Shown here piece by piece: positions 18,596-27,000 of a stretch of 42,459 nucleotides of DNA. The notes beneath the pieces are model-generated. The model made no database searches. It worked only from the letters and a program-made list of their open reading frames with translations, and was not told the DNA's origin. Position 1 is the stretch's first letter; each line of letters opens with the position of its first letter. The DNA is from Alloprevotella sp. (GTDB lineage Bacteria; Bacteroidota; Bacteroidia; Bacteroidales; Bacteroidaceae), in NCBI GenBank assembly GCA_051868815.1, contig JBJEAH010000116.1, positions 1 to 42,459 on the forward strand, written 5' to 3'. A program made the position numbers and the translations under genes.

Positions 18596-19426
18596 ATGAA
18601 AAAGATAGCCATTCAGGGCATTCGCGGTTCGTTCCACGACATTGCCGCCCATCAGTATTTCAAAGGAGAAGAGTTGAGGCTCGTGTGCTGCGACACGTTC
18701 GAGGACGTGTTCCGGCAGATGCGCTCCGACAGCGCCTGCCTCGGTATGGTGGCGATTGAAAACACCATAGCCGGCAGCCTGCTCCACAACTACGAACTCC
18801 TGCGCGAGAGCGGCATGAGCATTGTGGGAGAGCACAAGCTGCACGTAGAGCACAGCCTGCTGTGCCTGCCCGAAGACACGGCCGAGGATATTCGAGAAAT
18901 AAATTCCCACCCCGTGGCCCTTGCGCAGTGTCGCCGCTTCCTGTCGGAAAAGCGCGGGGCAAAACTCGTGGAAACCGACGACACGGCCGGCGCTGCGGAA
19001 CAGATAGCCCGGGAGCAGTTGCGCGGGCACGCCGCCGTGTGCCACGCCGATGCGGCCGATATCTACGGCCTGAAAGTCTTGGCGCGGGGCATAGAGGACA
19101 ATAAGCACAACTTCACGCGCTTTCTCGTGCTGGCAGATCCCTGGCAGGCCGAGGCGGTGCGGCAGCAGGAAGAGGCCGACAAGAGCAGCATCGTCTTTGC
19201 CCTGCCCCACGAGGAAGGCTCCCTCTCGCAGGTACTCAGCATTTTCAGTTTCTACAAAATAAACCTCACCAAGATCCAATCTTTGCCCATCATAGGTCAC
19301 GAATGGGAGTACCTGTTTTATGTGGACGTGGTGTACGGCGACAGCCTGCGCTTCCGGCAGAGCATCGACGCGCTGCGCCCGTTGACCCGCGCGTTGAAGA
19401 TTTTGGGAGAATATAAAGGCAAGTAA
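18596..19426 (+). CDS. pheA: Prephenate dehydratase
   Basis: IAIQGIRGSFH, AIENTIAGS, SHPVALAQC, NFTRFL and ACT-domain INLTKIQS motifs. Confidence 0.95.
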   Translation: MKKIAIQGIRGSFHDIAAHQYFKGEELRLVCCDTFEDVFRQMRSDSACLGMVAIENTIAGSLLHNYELLRESGMSIVGEHKLHVEHSLLCLPEDTAEDIREINSHPVALAQCRRFLSEKRGAKLVETDDTAGAAEQIAREQLRGHAAVCHADAADIYGLKVLARGIEDNKHNFTRFLVLADPWQAEAVRQQEEADKSSIVFALPHEEGSLSQVLSIFSFYKINLTKIQSLPIIGHEWEYLFYVDVVYGDSLRFRQSIDALRPLTRALKILGEYKGK

Positions 19427-19428
19427 AT

Positions 19429-20607
19429 ATGGACGCATTACGCAAACCGCAGCCCGCCGACCGCCTGAGCGGCGTGAGCGAATACTATTTTTCAAGAAAA
19501 CTCAAAGAGGTGGCCCAGATGAGGGCGCAGGGCGCAGACATCATCTCGCTCGCCATAGGCAGCCCCGACTTGCCGCCTTCGCCCGAAACGGTGGAAACGC
19601 TCTGCCGCGAGGCGAAACGCCCCGACGGGCACGGCTACCAGCCCACGATGGGCACGAAAGAACTGCGCACCGCCATGGCAGGCTTTTATAGCCGCTGGTT
19701 CGGCGTGACGCTCGACCCCGACCGGGAAATCCAGCCGCTCATCGGCTCGAAGGAGGGCATACTCCACGCCACGCTCGCGCTGGCCAACGTGGGCGACAAG
19801 GTGCTCGTGCCCAATCCCGGCTATCCCACTTACACTTCCCTCTCTAAACTCCTTGGCTGCGAGGTGGTGCCCTACAACCTGCGCCCCGAAAACGGCTGGC
19901 AGCCTGACTTCGAAGAACTCGAACGCCTAACCGACGACAGCCGCGTGCGTATCCTCTGGATGAACTACCCGCACATGCCCACCGGCGCGGCGGCGCAGCG
20001 CACCACGTACGAGCGGGCGGTGGAACTGGCGCGGCGCAAGGGCTTTGTCGTCGTCAACGACAATCCTTACAGCTTTATCCTTTCCTCTGAGCGGCAGAGC
20101 ATCTTGCAAGTGCCCGGCGCAAAAGACTGCTGCATCGAACTCAACTCCATGAGCAAGAGCCACAACATGCCCGGCTGGCGCGTAGGCATGCTTGCCTCGA
20201 ACGCCGAGTTTGTAAGTTGGGTGCTTAAAGTAAAGAGCAATATCGACTCGGGCACCTTCCGCGCCTTGCAGCTCGCGGCAGCCACGGCCTACGACAATGC
20301 CGCCGCCTGGCACGAGGAACACAATATATATATATACGCGCGACGCCGCCGCTTGGCGGAAGCTATCATGGAGGCACTCGGCTGCACCTTCGACCCCGCG
20401 CAGGTGGGCATGTTCCTTTGGGGGCGTATTCCCGAAGGTATGGGCAATGCCGAGCAGCTTACGGAGCGCGTGCTGCACGAGGCGCACGTGTTTCTCACGC
20501 CCGGCTTTATCTTCGGCAGCAATGGCGACCGCTACGTGCGCATCTCGCTTTGCGCCTCCGAAGAAAAGCTCCAGGAAGCCCTGCAACGGATTAACGCAAT
20601 TCACTGA
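19429..20607 (+). CDS. PLP-dependent aminotransferase class I/II (likely aromatic amino acid pathway)
   Basis: GSKEG, PNPGYPTY, NYPHMPTG, DNPY and SMSKSHNMPGWRVG motifs; position in the operon. Confidence 0.9.
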   Translation: MDALRKPQPADRLSGVSEYYFSRKLKEVAQMRAQGADIISLAIGSPDLPPSPETVETLCREAKRPDGHGYQPTMGTKELRTAMAGFYSRWFGVTLDPDREIQPLIGSKEGILHATLALANVGDKVLVPNPGYPTYTSLSKLLGCEVVPYNLRPENGWQPDFEELERLTDDSRVRILWMNYPHMPTGAAAQRTTYERAVELARRKGFVVVNDNPYSFILSSERQSILQVPGAKDCCIELNSMSKSHNMPGWRVGMLASNAEFVSWVLKVKSNIDSGTFRALQLAAATAYDNAAAWHEEHNIYIYARRRRLAEAIMEALGCTFDPAQVGMFLWGRIPEGMGNAEQLTERVLHEAHVFLTPGFIFGSNGDRYVRISLCASEEKLQEALQRINAIH

Positions 20608-20667
20608 TAATATCTTTTTTGTCTATTTTCGGGCGTTTTGCAAAACGCCCCTACTAATCTCAAAAAT

Positions 20668-21738
20668 ATGGAACTCAATATTACTCCTTTATCGCTGCCC
20701 GGCATAGAGATGCAGCGTCCGCTAATCATAGCCGGCCCCTGCTCGGCCGAAACGGAAGAACAGGTAATGAATACAGCGTGCCAACTGGCAGGCAAGGGCG
20801 TGCGCATCTTTCGCGCAGGCATCTGGAAACCCCGCACCAAGCCCGGCGGTTTTGAGGGCGTGGGCGAAATCGGCTTGCCTTGGCTCACGCGCGTCAAGAA
20901 GGACACGGGGTTGCTCGTGGCAACCGAAGTGGCCACGCCGCAGCACGTCGAGGCGGCACTGGCGGCAGAAGTAGATATCCTCTGGATAGGCGCACGCACC
21001 GTGGCCAATCCCTTTGCCATGCAGGCCTTGGCCGACGCGCTGAAAGGTACAGACGTGCCTGTTTTTGTGAAAAATCCCGTCAATCCCGACCTCGAACTGT
21101 GGATCGGCGGCATAGAGCGGCTCAACGGCGCAGGCATCACGCGCTTGGCCGTTATCCATCGCGGCTTTTCTTCTTATGAGAAACGCCTGTACCGCAACAC
21201 GCCGATGTGGCATATACCCATAGAATTGCGCCGCCGCATTCCCAATCTGCCCATCTTCTGCGACCCGAGCCATATCGGCGGTGTGCGCGAACTGATCGCC
21301 CCGCTTTGCCAGCAGGCCATGGACCTCGGTTTCGACGGCCTGATGGTGGAAAGCCATTGCACCCCCGACTGCGCATGGAGCGACGCGAAGCAGCAGGTCA
21401 CGCCCGACGTGCTCGACTTTATCCTCTCAAAACTCGTGGTCCGCGAGCTTGCACCCACCACCGAAAGCCTTGAAGTGATGCGCCGCCACATCGACGAAAT
21501 CGACAACAACCTTATGGAACTCCTTGCCAAGCGTATGCGCATCAGCCGTGAAATAGGACAGTATAAATTGGAACACAACATGACCGTCGTGCAAACGCGC
21601 CGCTACAACGAAATCCTCGACAAGCGCGGCGCACAAGGCGTGCTCTGCGGCATGGCGCCCGAATTTGTGAAAAGCATCTTTGAGGATATTCACGAAGAAA
21701 GCGTGCGCCAGCAGATTGAATTGATGAATAAGAAATAA
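20668..21738 (+). CDS. Bifunctional DAHP synthase (class I beta) / chorismate mutase
   Basis: IAGPCSAE, RAGIWKPRT, WIGART and DPSH motifs plus C-terminal CM domain RRHIDEIDNNLMELLAKR; start at 20668. Confidence 0.93.
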   Translation: MELNITPLSLPGIEMQRPLIIAGPCSAETEEQVMNTACQLAGKGVRIFRAGIWKPRTKPGGFEGVGEIGLPWLTRVKKDTGLLVATEVATPQHVEAALAAEVDILWIGARTVANPFAMQALADALKGTDVPVFVKNPVNPDLELWIGGIERLNGAGITRLAVIHRGFSSYEKRLYRNTPMWHIPIELRRRIPNLPIFCDPSHIGGVRELIAPLCQQAMDLGFDGLMVESHCTPDCAWSDAKQQVTPDVLDFILSKLVVRELAPTTESLEVMRRHIDEIDNNLMELLAKRMRISREIGQYKLEHNMTVVQTRRYNEILDKRGAQGVLCGMAPEFVKSIFEDIHEESVRQQIELMNKK

Positions 21739-21751
21739 AGCAATAACTCCC

Positions 21752-22537
21752 ATGCGCATACTTATTCTCGGAGCCGGCAAGATGGGCTCTTTCTTTACAG
21801 ATATCCTTAGTTTCGACCACGAGACGGCGGTCTTCGACACCGACCCCAAGCGGCTGCGCTTCATGTACAACACGCAGCGGTTCACTTCCGAGGAAGAAAT
21901 CAAAGCCTTCCGCCCCGAACTCGTGATCAACGCCGTGTCGCTTAAGTACACCTTAGACGCGTTCCGCAACGTGCTGCCGCTCCTGCCGCAGGACTGCATC
22001 TTGAGCGACATTGCGTCCGTCAAGACCGGGCTGAAAGACTTTTACGAAGCCAGCGGCCGCCGCTACGTCTCGACCCACCCGATGTTTGGCCCCACCTTTG
22101 CCAACCTCGGTGCGCTCCACGATGAGAACGCCGTGATTATCACCGAGGGCGACTACATGGGGCGCATCTTCTTCCGCGACCTCTATAAGAACCGCCTCGG
22201 ACTGAACGTGTGTGAATACACTTTTGAGGAGCACGACGAAACGGTGGCCTATTCCCTAAGCATTCCCTTCGTTTCCACGTTCGTCTTCTCGGCGGTGATG
22301 AAGCATCAGGACGCGCCCGGCACAACCTTCAAGCGGCACCTGCGCATCGCCCGCGGCGTGCTCGGCGAGGACGACTGCCTGCTGCGCGAAATCCTTTTCA
22401 ATCCCTACACCATTGGGCAGGTGCGTAAGATCGGCAGCGAGATGGAAACGCTCGCCCACCTTATTGAGCAGAAAGATGAGGAAGGACTCAATGCCTTTAT
22501 CCGACGCATTAGAAAAAATGTGTGCGAGGGCAAGTAG
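21752..22537 (+). CDS. tyrA: Prephenate/arogenate dehydrogenase
   Basis: GAGKMG Rossmann motif, DIASVK, THPMFGP, EEHD. Confidence 0.93.
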   Translation: MRILILGAGKMGSFFTDILSFDHETAVFDTDPKRLRFMYNTQRFTSEEEIKAFRPELVINAVSLKYTLDAFRNVLPLLPQDCILSDIASVKTGLKDFYEASGRRYVSTHPMFGPTFANLGALHDENAVIITEGDYMGRIFFRDLYKNRLGLNVCEYTFEEHDETVAYSLSIPFVSTFVFSAVMKHQDAPGTTFKRHLRIARGVLGEDDCLLREILFNPYTIGQVRKIGSEMETLAHLIEQKDEEGLNAFIRRIRKNVCEGK

Positions 22538-22551
22538 GGGCTTTATGATAC

Positions 22552-22589
22552 AAGAAGAGAGGAATGTCATGCGACATTCCTCTCTTCTT
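22552..22589. terminator. Bidirectional terminator between tyrA and rpmA
   Basis: Perfect 17-bp stem AAGAAGAGAGGAATGTC-ATGC-GACATTCCTCTCTTCTT between convergent genes. Confidence 0.85.
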
Positions 22590-22625
22590 TAATGAAAAAC
22601 TCGGGGCGTAGCCCCTTAATGCGTT

Positions 22626-22889
22626 TTAGGCTTCTGCCTGAGGCTCCACGGAGACAACGCTGCGGTCGCGGTTGCCGCGGTGGAAAGTTACCGTACCGTC
22701 AACGAGGGCGAAGAGCGTGTGATCCTTGCCCATGCCGACGTTCTTGCCGGGATAGTGTACAGTGCCTCTCTGGCGAACGATGATGTTGCCTGCGATGCAG
22801 GTCTGTCCGCCCCAGATTTTAACGCCTAATCTTTGTGAAGCTGATTCGCGGCCGTTCTTAGAACTACCGACACCTTTTTTATGTGCCAT
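22626..22889 (-). CDS. rpmA: 50S ribosomal protein L27
   Basis: [30 protein letters not shown]. Confidence 0.99.
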   Translation of the reverse strand: MAHKKGVGSSKNGRESASQRLGVKIWGGQTCIAGNIIVRQRGTVHYPGKNVGMGKDHTLFALVDGTVTFHRGNRDRSVVSVEPQAEA

Positions 22890-22909
22890 GTTTTCTTCTG
22901 TTTTTTAGA

Positions 22910-23227
22910 TTAAGCAATAACTTGTTTGATTGTGAGTTCCGTGAACTGCTGACGGTGACCGTTCAGCTTGCGATAGCCTTTGCGGCGCTTCTTGTGGAAC
23001 ACGAGCACCTTGTCGCCCTTTACGAGCACGGTCTTCACCTCGCATACTACCTTTGCACCCTCTACCACGGGAGCACCTACTTTAACTTCGCTGTCTGTGT
23101 CGAGCAGCAGCACTTTCTCAAATTCAACAGTCTGACCGGCTTCGGCTTGCGGCATGTGGTTCACGAAGAGCTTTTTGCCTTCTTCGGCCTTGAACTGCTG
23201 ACCGTTAATCTCAACGATTGCGTACAT
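22910..23227 (-). CDS. rplU: 50S ribosomal protein L21
   Basis: [13 protein letters not shown]...[15 protein letters not shown]; start at 23227. Confidence 0.99.
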   Translation of the reverse strand: MYAIVEINGQQFKAEEGKKLFVNHMPQAEAGQTVEFEKVLLLDTDSEVKVGAPVVEGAKVVCEVKTVLVKGDKVLVFHKKRRKGYRKLNGHRQQFTELTIKQVIA

Positions 23228-23317
23228 TGTTGTTTTGATTGTGTATAAACGGTTATTCCGGGAGGCGTGCAGCACCCGCTGCCCCTTGTCCAGCCCCTTC
23301 GGACTCTAAAAGTGCCG

Positions 23318-23325
23318 CAAAGTTA
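23318..23325 (-). promoter_or_regulatory. -7 element of rplU-rpmA
   Basis: TAACTTTG on the minus strand about 90 bp upstream of rplU. Confidence 0.7.
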
Positions 23326-23452
23326 CTAATTCTTCTCGAATTAAGATGCCTAGCCGCCCTTTTTCTTATAAGGAAAGTGATTTTTTTAACGTTGAAAGAT
23401 TCAAATCCCTCTTTTCTCCTGCCCGTTTCGCAGCAACCGGCGTGTAGTGTCG

Positions 23453-23688
23453 GCAAGATATTTTTCATTATTCCCGAGCAAAATCTTACTTTCTGCCTGC
23501 AATTTTTTCCTATCCTATAAGAAAGTTTTTGTTACAAAGTTTGTAACATGTATTACAAACTTTGTAACATGTGTTAGAAACTTTGTAACAAGCGTTACAA
23601 ACTTTGTAATAAACTTTTTCTTATAGGATAGTGAAAAATATCAAGAAGAAAGGGAAAATTATCTCGGAGAAAGTAAAAACTTTCTTGC
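23453..23688. mobile_element. MITE-like element with four 21-bp-phased palindromes, copy 2
   Basis: Units at 23531, 23552, 23573 and 23594; perfect inner IR TATCCTATAAGAAA (23511-23524)/TTTCTTATAGGATA (23617-23630) within ~75-bp imperfect IRs. Confidence 0.72.
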
Positions 23689-23790
23689 GGATAATGGGAA
23701 TTGTGTGCTAAGAGCCTTGGGAGTGCGGCGCGGCACAATTGCGCTTCCCAGGTATAAGAAGTTGCGTGCTAAGATGAGTTTGATTGCTAG

Positions 23791-23997
23791 TGCGCCCCTG
23801 AAAGGGGCAAATAAATTAGCGTAGGGGCTTGCCCCTACGTAGGGTGTTTTAAATAAGATTGCCCCTGAAAGGGGCTTATAATTAAACTCATACTCTCATT
23901 AAGTCGTAATTATAAGCCCCTTTCAGGGGCAATCGGAAACCATTACCTTTACACAGGGGCAAGCCCCTGTGCTATGTTATAAAGCCCTTTCAGGGCA
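23791..23997. repeat. REPIN/BIME-like palindrome cluster, copy 1
   Basis: Six hairpins (GCCCCTGAAAGGGGC, CGTAGGGGCTTGCCCCTACG and inverses) arranged as one large inverted repeat; inverted homolog at 42061-42261. Confidence 0.85.
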
Positions 23998-24032
23998 CTG
24001 CCATTTAGGATAAATCAAAATTTGCGTGGAGG

Positions 24033-27000
24033 TTATCTCACCAATACCTTGCGGCCGTTCACGATGTAGATGCCGCTGCGGCTGATGCCGCCGAGGCGAC
24101 GGCCGGAAAGGTCGTAGATGACGGCGGGCGTGGTGGCGTTGCCGTTTTCTACCTTTTCGATGCCCGTATCGTCCGAGGCGTAGGTGAGCGTCACGACGGT
24201 GTTGTCGGCCACGGAGGAGAGACCTTCGTCGCCTTCGGTGGTCTTGAGGTAGTAGCCCTCAATGGCGGGCGCAACGAGCGTGTAGGCATCGCCTGCCTTG
24301 ACCCATTCGGAGGCGGAAGAAAGGACAGCGGCGGTCTTCTCGTTTACGGCGTTGACCGTTACGGAGAAGTAAGGCTGTGCGTAGTATTCGTAAATGCGGT
24401 AGGGGTGTCCGGGGTCGTTCCAGCCTACGAGTGCGCCGGCTGCAAGACCGTCCCAGCATACGTTGTTAGAGCCTTTGATTTTCCAAGAACCGTCGGCGTT
24501 GCGCGTGAAGGCGAAACTGTCGCCTGTGGCGCTAAGGAAGGCGGCGGTGGAGTTCTGCAAAGAAGGCACATACTTGCCTGCGCCGTTGTTGAGCACCTTA
24601 TATTTCGTGCCGCTTGCCTCGAGCGTCCAGGTGTAATAGGGCGTTTTGTCGTCGATGCTGTTGTCCTTGACCACTGCGCCGGTCTTGGCATTGGCCATGC
24701 GGTAGCCCTTGCGGGCGGCTTCGGTGGTGCAGTCGTCGTAGATGATGTAAGACTTGCCTGCCTCTACGGCCGTCACTTCCTTGCCGAGGCGCTTCACGCC
24801 GTTGGTGGCGCGGGTGGTGTAAACGGCGTTGATGGTCATGTCTTCGGTCGGGGAAATGGTGGCCTCGCCCGTGTAGTCGGAAGACTCGTAAGCGTAATAG
24901 GGCAGATTGGGATAGGCTATGGTGTAGGTTTCGCCGACGGGGCAGCTCGTTTCGCTTTCATCGACGATGGCGCCATACTGGTCGCGGCTGACAATCAAGA
25001 TGCTGTAAGCCGAACGCTGGTAGGTGACGTTCACGGTCTTGTTTTCCGCCAAATTCTCAAACTCGGGAGCGGTGGCAGTGCCCGTGAGTTCGTAGGTCTT
25101 CACGCTGTGGTTCTTGATTTCGGGGGCGGCGCAGGTGTAGGTTTTGCCTGCGGGTGCGCTCTGCACGTAAGTGCCGATGGGGTTGCCCTCGGTGTCCTTG
25201 CAGACATAAGCGACGGTGTAGACCTGTTCCACATTCCAGGCCGCGCCCTGCGGGCGGACAGCATTGCGGGAGTCGTCGATCGTAGAGCCGGAGCTGATGA
25301 TGCCGGGAAGCGTATTGGAGGTGGCGGCAATGGGGAAGAAGTTGCGGGCGTTGAGCGCAAGGGCGTAGTCGCCGTAAGCGGGGTCGAAGGTCAGGGTCAC
25401 GTCGCCTGCCGTCGCGCCCATGTAGACGGGATAGGCCATGCTGCCGCTCTTGGTGGCGTTGGTGGAGATGAAACGTCCCGTGGCGGCGTTCTTGAGTTGT
25501 ACGCTCTGCGTGCCGTCGGTTGCCACCGTGCTCTTCGTCACGAGCCAGGCATCGCTCTGCCAGGTTTCGCCGGCGTGGCGCAGCATGGTGCTTTCGCCGT
25601 CGTCGACAATCGCCGTGCCGGCAAAGGCTTCAACGGCGTTGGTGAAGCGGTAAGTCTTACCCTCTTCGAGGAAACCGAAGGAGGCGAGGAAGGCAGCGTA
25701 TTTGGCATCGAGCTGCTGCACGAAGGTTTCGAGTTCGGCGGCGGTGAGCGCTTCGGGGTCTACGTCCTTGATGAAGTCTTCAAGTTCCTGCTTTTCGGTT
25801 GCGCCGTACAGACCCGGGGCCTTCGCCTCTGCCGTGGCGTAGGTCTTGGCCTTGGCAAGATGTGCCTTGACGGCGGCGAGCTTAGCCTTGGCATCGGCTG
25901 CACCGTCGGCAGCCTGGAGCATGGCAAATTCCCAAAGACCGCCGTTGCCGTCGGCAGGATTGTTGTAGAGATTGACGGCATAACCCTGTCCGCCGAGCGA
26001 AGCGTTCATCCAAAGGTTCTCAATCTGGTCGCAGCGGATAGAATAATAATAGTTGCCATTGTCGAGGCGGCCGTAGCCGGAGGCGTGGTCGGCAAGCACG
26101 AAGTTGTAGTTTTTCGCAGCAACATCGTAGTTCCAGCGGCCGGTGTTGTTCTGCGCCGTGGCGTTGGGGTTAACGGAGCCTGCGGGCACGGCCTTGCAGA
26201 CGAGGGCGTAGTGGCCGGGATTGGCGGCATCTTCCTCAAGTGCCCAGAACTGGTAGTCGTAGGCCGCGTCGCCCTCGGCAGCCTGTGCGTTGGTCCAGAG
26301 GCGGTTGGCGGCGGCGTTCTTGGCAGAATATTCGGTGATGAGCGGAGAGCCCTCGCGGAGCAGTTCTATGCACTTGCCGGCGCGTTCGCCCGTGGCGCGG
26401 GTGATGATGCGATACCACGTCTTGCTCTCGTTGGTGGACACCTTCGGCATTACCTGCCCCGTTTCGTTGCCGCTCTCTTCACCGGAGAGGATGTAGTGGC
26501 GGCCGTAGTTATAGCCTCCATAGTTGAGCAGGAGCGTGTCGGCAGTGATGCGTTTCTGGAAATCGGCGAAGTCCTTGCGGGCCTTGGGCGTCCAGCCGGC
26601 TTCGGCAATGGCGATTAGGCGCGGCAGGGCGAGATATTCCATGAGGTTGCGGTCGGCCACGTGTTCCGTCCAGAATGTGCCTTGCACGCCCGTGTAGTGG
26701 GCGGCTTGGGCGGTGGTGATGTCGGTGGGCACGGCTTCCTGTGCATAGGTGTTCGCCACGTTGTCAGAACCGTCGCCAGGGAGAGTGGCCTCGCCCGCAT
26801 CGTTGCTCTGCTTGCGGTTGATGTAGTAGGGGCCCCAAGGCGTGAACACGTTGTCAAGACCAAGCTCGGCGGCCTTGCGTGCGCCGGCTGCGGCGGGCTG
26901 CCAGCAGAACACGGTGGCGCCCGTCTCCTTAATCAGTTCGGTGTCGGCGTTGCCGGCCGTTATCGCCTCGTTCCACACGATGGTCTTCTTGCCGTTTTCT

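Noticed and set aside
20324-20336. (AT)6 tract in the aminotransferase as a phase-variation switch
   Set aside because: The tract is short, the frame is intact and the gene is biosynthetic; it is better explained as a variant of the dispersed AT-rich motif.
23511-23630. 14-bp perfect inverted repeat as an invertible promoter (inverton)
   Set aside because: The enclosed DNA is itself palindromic and lacks a TAnnTTTG box, no recombinase is nearby, and the right arm is disrupted in copy 1.
24405-26618. 737-aa plus-strand ORF and similar long antisense ORFs (4348-5694, 15325-16665, 33752-35362, 18440-19495)
   Set aside because: Shadow ORFs opposite well-supported genes, expected from GC-rich codon bias; no recognisable motifs.
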